Below the pieces are notes generated by a model that had not been told where the DNA came from, searched no databases, and saw only the letters and a list, made by a program, of their open reading frames with translations. From Bugula neritina (Eukaryota > Animalia > Bryozoa), in NCBI GenBank assembly GCA_964035545.1, contig OZ037770.1, positions 10,174,973 through 10,238,972 on the forward strand: a DNA stretch of 64,000 nucleotides. The letters run 5' to 3'. Every line of letters starts with the position of its first letter. The first letter of the stretch is position 1. A program made the translations under genes and the position numbers. Positions 23,701 through 38,700 of this stretch are shown in pieces.

Positions 23701-26700
23701 TTCAACCACTTACTTCATATCTAGCAATCCTCTCATGGTCAAAGTCATCACCAAATCTCTGCTGTTTGCTGGCAATAGAATATCCAAATGGATCCGCTTC
23801 TCTTGTGTCAGAGATTTGAGTGGCCAACCAGGAATGAAGATCCTCTCTCAGGTTGGTTTCAGCCTATCAAAGACAGGTAGTAGGTACTTGGTGAAAGTTT
23901 GAGTCACATTGGGCACAAAAAGATCTGTAGTTTAGTAGACTTAACTCATAATTTACATAACTTCAAATTATATATAATTAAAAGGTTTTTGTAAGAAAGT
24001 GAAATAGGAACATACAAAATACACACTCTCATCAAGATTTTCTTTTAAAAGATGCAATTTATTGCAAGAAGCACAAAATTATTTAATAAGCAAAACCAAG
24101 ATTTCAGTTATAAATAAGATGACAATTTTACAGTTCCTAAAATCAATTTGAAAAATTAAAATTTTGGTCCAATTAATAAGAATTATAACATTATTATTCT
24201 TGTGAAGTTTCAATATAAAACTCTTAGCTCAATTGGATAGTTTAGATGATACCAATCTATATTTCTAAGCTGCTGTATTATAAAGTAAATGCATAAGTCA
24301 CTTTCCAATTATAGCTATGGTAATTTTTTATGTTTTGAAATAACTTTATTACATTTGTGAAACTAAAAGCAATTGACTAAAATAGCTTGTTTTGCAGCAT
24401 TTCTCTAACCTCTTCAAGTTGTTTAGATGACATATTTCGCTCTTGTGCACTAAGTTTCTTTAATCTCTCTAAGCATTCTTGTTTTTCGGCCTTAATTCTC
24501 TCTTCTGGAGTCATCTCCTCACAGAAACCCTACATTATAGCATGCCAAGTATTATATACAAACCCTACATATAGCGTGTCACGTATTATATATAAACCCT
24601 ACATACAGCGTGTCACCTATTATATATAAACCCTACATATAGCGTGTCACGTATTATATATAAACCCTACATACAGCGTGTCACGTATTATATATAAACC
24701 CTACATATAGCGTGTCACGTATTATATATAAACCCTACATATAGCATGCCAAGTATTATACATAATATAAAAGTTGTTATAAAACCTAGCATGTGCCCCC
24801 AAACTTTTTAAAGTAAACTTGACTTTTTGCTTTGAAATAAATTCATGTAGAACCTCCTACTTCCCAATAATTGTGATAATGACTTAGCAGATGGCACTTT
24901 GATTAAACCTTATAGGTCCTGCCAAATATTTTCACAAATATTTTTACCAATAATTACATAACTCACTTTGATATTTTTTACGAGTTAGTAATTTCATTCA
25001 AAATAGATAAACAATAAACATTTTATTACTTTATTTATATAAAAACAAAGCAAACTAATTTAAAGATGAATACAGCAACAATCAAAATATCAGATTGTCT
25101 TGCTTTATATAAAGTAATGATGAAATGTTTCCTGTTAATTAATTTCTAATAAACACTTACTTTATGGTTAGCATACAGTTCGTGATTGGGAAGTCTTTCA
25201 TTAGACATCAGCTGGGGATAATTTCTATGAGTAACATGATGGTCTAGCCCTGGTGCTAGTTTACTAGCTTCACACTGACAGTTTGGGACGTATCCTACAG
25301 GCCCTTGTCTTACATTTCCTGCAAAAATATAATTTATCTCTGTATATAGAGTTTTCTTCATTTTAATGAAAAAGGTTTGTAAAATCATATAAAATACATC
25401 AAATATAAATATACAAAACTAATAGTTTTTAGTTTTATTTTGTTAGTAAAAACAAATTTGCACAGAATCTACGTTTATTAAAACAATATTGAGCTTACTA
25501 TACTTTTTTAAAAAAGGTCACAGAGCTTAATAACATGTATAACTAAGTTTAATTTTATTTTAATGTCGTCGTGTCAACATCAAGTAATACAAAATAATAA
25601 TTGTATCGTGGGCTGCCTTATGCCCAACTACATTGAACTAATAGTTATTCTAATCCATTAATTTTATTTCATCACTTAACAGATAAATTAACTATCCATA
25701 TAAATAGTTTAACACTTTGGGGGATTTCCGAGGCAACTGATGAGATATTAAACTAGCTATGTCTGTCTGTCTGTCTTTCTCTCTATAAAAATGTAGTAAA
25801 AGTTGAAACAGGAAGTAGTAAATGGAGAAACAAGAAGTAGCTATGAGTCTCACCAGCTAAGTCTCTGTATGACACAAAGCCCTGTCTCCTGACATACTGA
25901 CTAAAGAGACCCTGGCTACCATCAGCTGCAGCGAAAGATTTGGAGTTATATATCCCTGATCTGCCAGCTCGCTCCCTCTCCATCTTCTCCTGTAATAGTG
26001 GCATTCATACAATAAGTTTTTGTTGAGAAATTTATAGTCATAATCACACCTCTCCATGAATCTTTCAATTTTTAGTAAGGAATTTATGTACGTAGATATT
26101 AACAGTATTATGATATTAATGTCAATAACTTTTTACATAAAGCATACATTTTAAATTCAATTAACAAAATATTATCTGTTATTTTTCTAAATTTAGTCAT
26201 GCTATTTTTTGATGCATTTTTATATTTATGGTGAACAATTTTTGGAGAAATAGTATTTTAGAGACTTTTTTAACTAAAGCGGTTCACCAGAATATCTACA
26301 CAGAATATAGAAGTGTATTCTGATATTGTCATTTGAAATTAATTTTAAATATTAAGACAAAAGTATATATATTCTTAAAATTATAGTACTATAAATAACC
26401 ACAGATAATAAACCTGGAAAGATATAGAATTTGAGTATTTGTCATCCGCAATACTAGCATACGCTTTTACAAAAAATTGCGTTCATCATATAGGTGTGAC
26501 GATTTTTGCAAAAAATTGTAAATGTGTTGCAAAACTTACTTTAGCAAATTTTCTCTTAATCCAGGATACAAGTCCTGAAGATTTTTTCTTTTCTCTTGTT
26601 TCTGGAGTCGTCTCTCTGCTTTTTACATGTTGACTGTACTGACTGCTGTGCGTTGTGTTATCCAATGAGTAATTTAGTAACACCCCATTGGTCGGCTCAG

Positions 26701-29700
26701 CGTGCTGAAACGTCATTTGAATGGCGTGTATGAGGCACATATTTTACAATTAAAAACATTTTACAAAAGAGACTAAACAATAAATATGTAGAAATACTAC
26801 ACAACTAAATTAATTTATAATTTTCTTTTATTTTTTATATCCAACATTAAGGATTAATTATAATACAAAGGGAAGTTCTATTTTCAACTTTTTCCTAAGG
26901 TAAATTGCTTTTTATTAAAAAATTACTATCCCTTTTTGAAGTAATACTGTATCAACATTATGAGAAAAAGTATCAATATGAAAAACACTTTCCTAGATCA
27001 GGAACAAGAGTTGCAGAACAAAACTTAGATGTTAACTTACTCCATGATGTATAATTTCTATTATTGACATGTGCTCTTTACGCCGAGCAATTTCCGTGGC
27101 AGTTTCTTTCTGTTTATTTGCTAGTTGAGGATTTATGCCTCCCTCAACTAACAGCTTTGCTATCTTTCGTCGTTTGAAGGCGGCAGCAATGTGAAGAGAT
27201 GTGTCGCCATTCTAGAAAATAAATAAAAAAATAAATAAAATATTAAATTGTTTGCTAAAAAATGTGCAAATTCACTGATAGTACTGTGAAATGCTTCAGA
27301 TTTTTATTAAATTCATTAACCAAATTTGTGAGTTGATAACTGAATAGGAGAAGCCTTCGAAAATGTATTAACACTTCATCAAAATATTATATTAATACTG
27401 CTAAAACCCATGATATGCATAAGTAGCTCATCTACTCACTTACTTACCCATTCACTTATTCTTTTACTCATTCACCCAATTATTCACTTACGAACACACT
27501 CATCTACTCACTTGCTCATTCACTCACTCACTCACTCACTCACTCACTCACTCACTCACTCACTCACTCACGAGACTCTTATAAATTCAAAAATAAAAAG
27601 TAGTAGCTATTATATTCTATTTAGACTTGTTATGCCTCTCCATCCCCAGCTGTGAGCTCACCTTATTTTGCTCTGATATGGAGCACCTTGCACTAATCAA
27701 TATCCGGGCTATGCCCGCATGTCCGTACCGGGCAGCAGTATGCAGGGGTGTGTCCCCATACTACAAAAGGTCAAGTGATAAAATACTAAGGCTGAAACAA
27801 GAGAACACAACTCTTGAATGGCAGCAAATTTTATTCTTTTACTTTCAGACAGTTATGGATTACATTGCATAATATCAGAGGTATTGATTTTATCACATAC
27901 TTTAGAGGATTAGACATGGCCAGTGGGGCTTATAAAAGATATTTTAGATTAACTAATCTTGTTAAATAGAATTCACTTTTGAAACATATAGCATTGTATA
28001 CATCAACTCAAATTCTACTGAGTCAAAGTTTAAAGCTTAAATTAACTTCAACTGCTAAAGTAACTCAGTAGATAGTAATTTGCAGTGCTTTAGAAGATCA
28101 ATTTTGACTTCCAAGTAGCAATTTTTGAAAAACAAACCTTAAAGTGAATATGTAAGTGCTAGTGAGTTTTAGCAACATATAATAATGAATTTTCATTTTC
28201 AAAAATTTTTAAACTTTAAAATTGAGTCTGCATCATTTAGACACAGACTTATAATCCCTAACTGTAAGTACTTACGTTATTCTTCACGTCAGGACTGCAT
28301 CCAGCATAGAGAAGTGCCCTGCCTGATTGATTGTGCCCAGATTGTGCAGCGAGATGGAGGGGTGTGCAGCCAGCCTGTAACCGCACAGCAGTTCTCAGTC
28401 AACAACATGCACTACTAAGGCTACTTTACATAAGAGACACTTCAAGGAGGAACAGGTGAAAAACAGTTGAGACTAAAAGATTTTATGACCGGATTTTACT
28501 GTCAAATTCCTTCTACATCAATCACTTCTTTAGCAGTATTTAGTGGATTTATCAATGGCTAGTTTCACTTTTTTTAGCAACAGATGTAGTCTTAAGTTGT
28601 GTAATCAGGCAGTTGATGCCTAGGTATTATGGAGAATTACGATTTTATAATATGGTTGTGTAACAAGATGAACTTTCTACGTCTCATCAATGTGCATACT
28701 AAAACAACATTGTTGTGGTGGTATTAAATGTTAAACTCCAATAAGCCCTGTAGTCTTCAGGTTATCTCAGAGATTTTTAAGCTAATAATATAACATTTTG
28801 CAGGCTTAGCAAATAAGCACAGTCATAGATATTTTATATATTTAAAGCCGATAGACAAAAAGCATGAAAGGACATACAATTTTAATACATTTCTTGTCTA
28901 AAATACGTAGAACAGTTTCAAGTTTGCCTGCTAAGTATGTGTAATCTTAATAAAACTATTATTTGACCTATATAACACATGTAGATGCCCATTAGTAAAA
29001 TTACTATACTGTATGCGCTGAGAGCAAAAACTCAGCTAAAGCTTGTGTTGTACTAATATTTCAATATTACAAGAAGTTAAGAAAGTTAAATTGAGATGTA
29101 ACTTTACATCTAGTCTAATAAATGTGCTTGAAGCATAAAGCAATTACTTTGCTATTACTAATTTGCTGTGGATAACTACTTGGATGCTGCTAGCTTGCTG
29201 TAGATAGCTACTTTTCTTTTACTAACTTTTTGCATGCAAATAGCTATTCTGTTATCATTAACATCCTTCCTATGACTTTGTTTTCAAAAAATTGCTTTCA
29301 CTTTTACCCGAGAAATGAAGACTGTAAAAAGCTTGAGCATATTCAATTATGATTTTCAGTTGCAATGCTCTAGTGCTATTTCTATTAATGTACATTTATA
29401 CACTTATACTTACACCAAAACTTACTTACTTACACAAGAACTTACTTACTTACACAAAAACTTACTTACTTACACAAAAACTTACTTACTTACACGTACA
29501 CCTACATACTTATACACGTAATGTATTTAGTTACAGTCAATGTACTTACTCTGTTGGCAATAAAAGCATTAGACTTGTTTTTCAGTAAGAGGTCAACAGA
29601 TTTGCTCCATCCATTCCAAGCTGCCTCATGCAAAGCTGTATTTCCATACTACAAAATAATATAAACAAAATGATAAACTTTATTAAACTTGAATTTAATT

Positions 29701-32700
29701 TGCTTACATATTAATTTTGCTTTCAAAATAGCCACACTCAAGAGACAGTTTTAAATCAGATATACAGAAACAGTAAGTTTAATTTAAGAATTATCATTTA
29801 CTGTGCAGAATTCTCAGTCTATACGGAATTTTCTAGGTTTAGTGTACAGCTAGACCTACAGTCTGCTAATTAAACCACAATTCTAAGTCTCTGAAACTAA
29901 TCAATATTTATTTCAGCTAATAATATTTAATAAAGTTTTATTAGTTATGGGATAACTAGTAATATCTTGCATTTATAGCCATAAATGTCAGTTATTAGCT
30001 GAATAAGCTTCAAGTTATATTGACTGCAGCAACTGCTTTTAGCTACTAGACAAATTTTCTCTTTGTTTCAGTTTTTCATTTGTTTGGCTCTCAAGTTTAA
30101 AGCATGTTTTCCAGTTTAATAAACGAATAAAAAGCTTTTTACATGAAAACCATGCAAAAAATTGCACCAGTCACATAAAAGCAAGCATTGAGTGCAGAAT
30201 TTTAGCACCAAAATTATTTTAGACAATCACTGCAAAGAATTGGGAGGGGGGGAAGAAAGTTGAATTTCATTTTTGACTGGATCGAAAAACTTTATAGAGT
30301 TTAGCATGAGCCTCAGATTTAGCTGTAGATAACAAACTTTCACAGGGGGGTTTTCAGTGCAACCCATTAAAAGCTATCCACTAGTATTTATGGCTTAGCC
30401 TACAACCTACAGCACTGGTCTTCTGCAGTTTGTAGTGGTTTACATAGCTCACACTAATAGCTAAGGTAGGCCCTGGGTTTACCTCAAATACCATAAATAT
30501 AAGAAAATTTATGCTCACATTGACAGCTATATTAAACATAAGTAAAAATTATTGCTTCAACTTCATTCTTTAACCTAATTTCTGCTACAATATATCTTAA
30601 AATGAAGCAAAATATTATTTCTACATTAAATTATGTTTAAGTGCTAGATATTTTGATACAGGGTTCAATGTTTTATAAATTGCTTTTATCTTTCACACTT
30701 ATAGATATATGGACTAAAAATAATATTTTTGATTGACAAATTGAATATTAAATCAAAGGAATTTTATTATCAGATTTTGTCTGTCATTGTAAAGATGTAT
30801 GGGCATTCAGTGGGTTGTTAACTTGCTACTTCTGAATGCAAACTGATTGAGTTTAGGCAGCATGATGGATGGAGGAGGTCAACATTTTACTCAATGTAGA
30901 AGTTATTACAGCTGATTAGATGAATAGAAAAAGAGACAACATCAAATTTTGCTTCATTTATGGTCAACTTTCAGGGTATATTATGGTTGGCGTAAAAGTT
31001 TAAGAAAGCTAAAAATTGGTGCTATCAAACAACCTTATGATTCAACATTTTCCAAGTAAAAGTCACAAAACATTCGATAAAATACTGGGTTTGGGTATTT
31101 AGGTATATTTTTTGTTTTCTAAGATGTTTGTTTTTTTATTTTAGTCTGAAGTGCAGGAAGAATTACATATAAATGAAACAGAGAAATATTGTAGAGGAGG
31201 TAATAGCATTGCATAGCTAGTGGAGTCACTTGAACCATGAATATTTAACAGCCGGTAACAACCTTTTTTCAGCAGTGCAAAGTCTTTTTTCATTTATTAA
31301 TGCAGATGTAGATGTAACAGAAAAGCTCAGAATAGAGACTAGTTTATTACACTCTTTGAAATATGTTATATTTGAACTTTGCATAAAAATAGAGACAGTA
31401 TACAAATTTTACTTACAGTGTCGTCCTGTATGTCAATATCACATCCTTCATTGATAAGTAGCCCTAGGACACATAAATGTCCCTTGGCAGCGGCTTTGTG
31501 CAGCGCTGTGTACCCACCCTGTAAAATAGGCAAAATATTCGGTCAAACTAATGCAATACAGAGTCCTTGTGAACATTCGGATTTGTCATTCCTTGCCATA
31601 AGTTGTCATTTATTGTCAGCTAATAACAACAACAACTAGTAAACAATGGTGCATAATTATTAGTTCTCTCTCTGCATTTATTTGCATAAACCAAGACTTC
31701 CTTAACAAGCTGCTATACTTAACTAGAAAGGCAACCTAAAGCCAAATGTGACTTACAGTAACTCAATAACTTACAGTAACTCAGTGACTAACAGTAACTC
31801 AGTAGCTTACAGTCACCCAGTGACTTACAATAACTCAGTGACTTACAATGACTCAAACAACTATGACAAATTTCCAGCAGTATAACACAGCTTTCAGCAA
31901 GCATAGAAATCCAATTCATTTAAATCAACGTCACATCACACACACATATTATACTAGATTCTAGTTTTTCTGGCACTTGGCAGATTGTTTGGCAGAGCTT
32001 CTGCATGCTGTACAAGAGGACACACATAGCTAATCAATCTTTACCACAATACTTCAAAATAGTAACTGAAACTATTGCAAGCCATCAAGGAACTTCTGTA
32101 CTATACAGCCGGTTTAGTATGTAGTATAAGTGTATATAGTAATCTAAAAGGGCTGATAGTATTGCAAATGTAGCGAGAGCAGTAATTGCTTGATAAGAAC
32201 AAATTTATATGTTTCCAGAAAGATTTATCACAAGATTTACAAGTTTATAATGTGATAAGAAAATCCCAAATGTCTTTTATAAGGTTTAATTTCTTTTAAT
32301 TCTATTAAATGATTAAACCCTACTATACAGCACTTGTATAATTCAATATTTACTGCTAAGGCTTCACTCTTGCAGGTTAATAGTTACACTATAGTTCATT
32401 AACTCCAAAGGAGCTATAGAGGTAGCCATTTAAACTTTAATTTTATTCACTATGGCGAGTAAAGGTCTATTTCTCACTTCATTAGCTCTAAAGTATAATA
32501 TTTTCAACCTGCTTGAACCTATTGACAATATTTTATTTTTCCTTCTACGTGTCAGTAGAAAACTGAAAGGTAGACAAATTGCTTTATTCACTCTACGCCT
32601 GCGCTGAAGCCTGTAAGTTTATAATATTCACCATGTACACAAAATATTAAAGTAATTGACAAAATGATAAACAAAAGCTCAAATAACTGAAAGGCCTATC

Positions 32701-35700
32701 CTAGTTGGCTGTGTTTATGACTAATGGCTTGTATAAAAGTGGTTATTGTAAAAATAGTTTTCAATTTTAATGTTTCCATATCTCCAATAGACTACACCTA
32801 TTAGGAAGTGTATTTTTAGTTTAAAAAATGTATTACAGCTGTATTCCGCAATAAATTAAATCATTGAGTCCGCAACATTGCAAGTTTCTGCGGCATTCTT
32901 GTGCAAACAAAAGAGTAAACTTTACACCAATAATATTTAACTATAAGTACTCACGCTATCTGGAAGGTCTATATCTACACCGTAGTCTAACAGAATTCTC
33001 ACCACTTCAGCAAAACCTCCCTGGGCAGCTTGATGCATGGCAGTTGAACCATTCTACAAGCACATTCTTTATTTGGTTAGCATAAAATTATAATATTATA
33101 ATTTATTGTGTTACATTAAAAGCTTAAGATGGCAACCCTAGAACTGTGGCATAGGATCAGTCATAAAGTAGTGGGTTACTGGGTATCTGTCACTAAAGGT
33201 ATGCGAAATATCAAGGGGATGGCAAAGCCTGTGTTCCATTAATAATAGCCTAGATTCTGACTCGGTTTCTTAAAAAACTCATACCAAAGAGTCTCTGGAG
33301 CTAAACCTTAGGCTATGTTAGACCGTAGGTTAAACTCCCTAGATAGAAAGTTATCAGTTTATTCCAACTATAAAATTCCCAGACCGGAAGATTTGCAAAA
33401 AATACTTCTTGGTAACTTATTTATAGTTTACTTTGTAGGTTCTATTACTAAACAGCAGGGGATTTGAGAGGGTCATGAACTTTTCACTCTACCCCCTCAC
33501 AAACTCACACATCAATTAAATGCATTCCATTCTAAATAGTAATAAATTGAAGCAAAAAAGCACTTTTGTTTTTTGTTGTATAACTTCCCAATGCTATGCA
33601 AAACCTATTCTTTAGTATGCAAAGATCTTTCAACCTACGAAACCTTATATATACAGCGTTTTCACTTTTTTGTTATAATTAATCACAGTTGTCATTAGGA
33701 TGTATATACTATACATTAGTAAAACAGTATTATATAATAGTATAACAGTAGTACATTACTAGCTAAATGTTGCTACTGCTATATGCATACTACAATGCAT
33801 ACTACAATGCATATTACAATGCATATTACAATGCATATTACAATGCATATTACCATGCGTTTGTATATATACTACTTCGGTATGCGCACATAAACTATTT
33901 ACTGCTTGTATATTATTGTACAGAAAGATATGTTGCAATTCAAGTGTGTAAAGGAAACATTCCCACGTGTCAATCAATACAAACAAAAGCTAATGAGAAG
34001 TAATTTTTTAAATTGTAGCTACTCTTATGTTCTTATAGCCAACACCTTAATAAGGTACAATTTGCTCATCTCATATTTCAGTCAATATATTCTATTATTG
34101 TTTTGTAAAAACAAATGGGAAATATTGAGTGAAAAAGCTATTAGCTAGTTATCCTGTACGTCATGCTACATTGTGTTGTATATATATTAAACATAATTTC
34201 TGTATTTTTCTAACAATTGCAAATAACATAAAACAAGAGCTTTTTAAAGAACATATTTGAATTTTGGTACTATAATTAGAGCTCATTTTATTGAAAATTT
34301 CAGTACCATGAAAATGTACTTTCTGCTAATATAATAACCTATCTACTCAATTGAAAGTTTGGATTATTCTTACAAACACAGTTGTAAAACTGTCTTTTTT
34401 GCCAGATGTTTGTGCATTTTAGTTCATGTTCAATTGTTTTAAGCCATTTAATATTCTGGAAGAAAACTGCTATAGTGTTATCCCACGTTGAGGATATCAA
34501 ACCATTAATCTATTCAGCTCTGTTTGATGATAGAAGAAAACAATCAACAGCATTGAAGCAAGGAGAAGCCTTTTATCTTGTTTGGTAAACAATACTAGTT
34601 GCAATCAATATCTTATATTGTATTCTCTAAGTCAGAGCAGGTATCTTCTTTGAAGCTAATAATAAATAATTGAACTAGAAACAAGGTTTTGTGGGTTATT
34701 GTTACTAACATTGATCCATTGGGGCTACACAAGTAAAACATTGCCTAAAGCTTTATGCAACTTTTAGAGTATCTATTTGGTGAAGGTAAACTTAACGCTA
34801 GAATATCTATACTTTCCAACAAAAGTGTGCTAAAACCTGTGAAATAAACTCCAGATACAACAATTATAACTTAGTATGTCAGATGTTTTACACAATATCA
34901 CCAACTTGGGACATATTTGCAATAAAACAGCAAATACAAAAGAGTACAAGTTGTAGCTTAAAATTAGGCAAGCTTTCTCCCTAATTGCTTTGAAATAGAA
35001 TACATGTTCAATATATGTTGAAGATTTGAAAAAATGTGTAGAATTTGAGGAAAACCACAAAGCCGAGTAAAACTTAGTGCATATAGGTTATGCAATACAA
35101 AGCCTGCAGTAGGTTCAGATTAAACTGTTTATACAGCCTTTACAATGTGTACAATAATGTAGTGTTGAGATTGCCCAGTAGCCTTTGTAGTGTAATGGTT
35201 AGCACCGCAGCTTGCAAGCCAGAGGTCTGCAGTTCGAATCCCAGTGAGGGCAAATATTTTTACAAATCATAAATTTAATGCCAAGTTTCAAAAGCAGCAT
35301 GAAAACCTGTAGCCTAAAAACTTGTATCCTGTTGTAAATTTTTAAGCTCTATGTAAGGGTGGAACTATAAATTCTTCTGAGTTGTTGCCTTGGAACTCGT
35401 ACTAATGATGGTGTTAATTTCAGTCAGAGAGAGAGCAGTTAAAGTATTTTTGCTGCCTTGAGTTGTATTATATAATTTATATAAGAGTATTTACTATTTG
35501 TCTGCATAAATAAGTTGAAATACTATACCGCAAAGTAGCTTGAATACAAGATAATCGAAAAACAAACTAAAAACTATGTTTAAGTAAATAGTCTAATCAA
35601 TGCCAGTGTAATAAAGCTATGTCGTTTCTCACTTAGGAATTATAAATACCATTAAGATACCTATCAAATCTACTCAAATAAATATAATTCTGCTTACAAA

Positions 35701-38700
35701 ACACAGCTGCTGCTCCGAGACTTGAGATTGCATTTTGCCTGAACACAATTTGAAAAGTTTCTAATTACTGCATGAGAAATGCTTCTTATCTTAGAATCTA
35801 TATCATTTCAAGCTTCAATTAAAGTAATTGCTACTTTGCTGCAAAATATCAATATAATTTGCTTGCATAACAAACTAAAACTAGCCCAATATATTTCGTC
35901 TAAGCTTTTCTTCACCCGGCATTTTAATATAGAAAATGACTTAGAAAAACAAGTCAAAAATCGTTTCTTTTATATTACATATGCGGAGCTCGGCTAGCAT
36001 TATTATATTTATACTATAGCAGCATTAGTGATAGCAAGAGATGGTATTATTTGTAGTAGCGATACAAGATAGTATATAGACTCTAGCATGCTACTAACAG
36101 CATTGCATGGCTGAATACCAATACACGTGATTCAACCTCAACTTTCATCCAAAAAATTCAGCATGATTAATTTGTATTCTCAAATGCTGTGTGAAAACAG
36201 CTTGAAAGCAATTCTCCAAATATTATCGAACAATAAATTAAACTGTCAAGTGTGATATAAAGCATTATTATTCACTTGTGATTGACAGATTGGGTTAACT
36301 GATTTACAGCTCTGACAGTGAAGCCCTTGCTTAACTATGACACACTTTGATGTAACTTGCTTTCTCCAATTTTATGGCCACCAACTGTTTCTATTAAAAT
36401 AGTTGGGAACCGAAATTCTTTTGTGTAGTGTGGACGTAACATTGTTTGACCAAAAATTTGGGTGACATATTATATTATGCATGTATGCAAGGTTTCCCAA
36501 CCATCACGTATTTAATGAAGTAAACAAGTTTCCTATAAGGAGATGTTATATAAAGTTTATATGGATCTGTGGTGTCTCGCCCACTGAGTAACACTTAATA
36601 ATCTGCCACTAAATCAATTGTAGAATCTTAATAAGCTAGCTACCTGGAATAAAGCTATTGGAAAACTTTTTTTAAACTCTTCAAACAGCAGTTGTTGGAG
36701 CTTATTGGATTTGACTTAAACAATTTTGAAACTTTGTAATTTAGTTATAAATGATTTGCAAGTGATCAGTTGGTCATGGAACATAAGTTGATTACTTCAT
36801 GCTGTTCAAGTGAAGTTAATAATTTAGTTTCAATTTATTTTTAGCTTAATTTAGCTGGTAGCAATATGTGCAATGGTAAACAAAAATTCTACAGCATTAA
36901 CTTGAAAAGCTTGCTTAGCATTATCATTTAAAAACAAATGTATATAAACCTTACTCAGCAGTGCTTATAGACGGATAAAATAACTCATTAAGTGCCGTCA
37001 GTTAGACTGACTAATTTTTATTGCTTGTCTTTTATAAAAGGCTCAAAATGCCAGTTTTTATAGTATTCTACAAGATTATATTCTTACTTATATAAGTATA
37101 AAATAAGTTTAATAGTTCAATTGACAGAAAGGTAGAAGTAGCTACTAGCTTATAAGCTACTGCAGTCAATGCAGGAGCCAAGGCAAGTGAAAGGCTTTGA
37201 ATGAATTATTATTTCATAATTTCCTGATTTATAAGTAGGAAAATACCAGAGTGTCGCAATATAGAAAAGGTTTAGTTCAATATAGGCATATATACCAAGG
37301 GTATAATTACACAGTACTACTACCTATGTGTACTAGTTTTTGATATAAAAAGGAGGATGTAGTTAAGATAATTTTATCTGGTTTCAACCATTTGGATAAT
37401 TGTATTTGCAAGCCAAGTAAAAGTTCTGTATCAACATCAGCTGGAGTTAGCTCCCCTGCCTCTACTATTCATGAATTATTTACATTCACCATAAATTTCA
37501 ATCTAAAGCACATCTCTGCTTAGCGGTCTTTACAATCAAATTTATTTTGGAAGGTAGGAGACATATCAGAGCTACAATAAACTATTTTCTATAAAGAAGC
37601 AGAAGTTGACCAGTAGATAAAAACTTAGATTTGCACTGATTACTTTCACTGAAGTGAATTTCAGGCTCAGTAATAACTTTGCATTGAAATGTTCAGTGTT
37701 TGAAATGACTCGGCGCCACTTTCGTGAGCTTTTACAACGTAGCTATAGATTTGGTTCAAGAATAGATGCATGACTGTATAATCAAATAGCTAAAAAGACT
37801 ATATAGACTATAGAGAATGGGAGACTGAATATAATTATAGTAAAAAAGTGTTTATGGTCCCTAAACCAGTAAATCCTAAAGAAGGTGGTGAGATTTTAGG
37901 GGATCATTCTAGTCTAATTAAATGAGAAATACTGCCGATAATTCTACAAATCTTTCCAGGCCTCGAACTCTAATCCTTTTGTAGCAAGTCATCGCTGATG
38001 AAGCAAAAGAATATTTGTAATATAACTCTGCTTTATTCCTTGACGGAACTTGCAAAACCTAAACCTGGCCTACTTCATACAAGCCATCAGTTCTGTACAG
38101 TTTATAACTTCCTGTTGGTGAACTATGAATACTCTATACTTGGTCTATAACCAAGCTGAATGCTAGCTGTTATGTTAGCTGAATGAACTATAAACTCTCT
38201 ATACCTGATCTATGCTGACAGGAACTCCCTGTGCCAGCAGGTCTCTCACAAGTTGACCTTGACCTAGCTGAGCAGCAGACTGCAGTTTCTCTTCAGCACT
38301 CATCTCCTCCAAGAGCTTGCTCGGCAGCTCCTTCTGATTACAAGGCAGCACCTCGTCTTCGTCACTCATACTTAATCCTTCTACAATCAGAACCAACACT
38401 TCTGTTACTAAACTTTAGGCTATGTTACTCCCTTTACTTGGACAGCAAAACCTGAAAATGCAGTTTTACCAATAATTTGGTTTGATTTTGCACGCTCCCA
38501 TCTTTAAAGCACGTATATGTAAGGTGACCAAGGGAGCAGCCTTGACCTAGGAGTTAGAGCACTCCCTGGCTTAGTAAACAGGAAGTCATGGGTTCTATCC
38601 CCAGTATAGGCCATGGTGATGTTAGGAAAAACATTCAGTCATAATTGCTCCTGTGCCACATCTGAATAGGTCCTTGGTCCACTTTAAACAAAATATCTTT

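Noticed and set aside
24525-24763. CRISPR-like array
   Set aside because: Contiguous tandem units with no unique spacers, in a eukaryotic intron, with no cas genes.
35178-35250. Functional tRNA gene
   Set aside because: A and B boxes are present but acceptor, anticodon and T stems do not pair; diverged interspersed copies exist.
38381-38451. Longer ANKRD6 exon using the acceptor at 38451
   Set aside because: Stops in all frames; the acceptor at 38380 gives a continuous frame.
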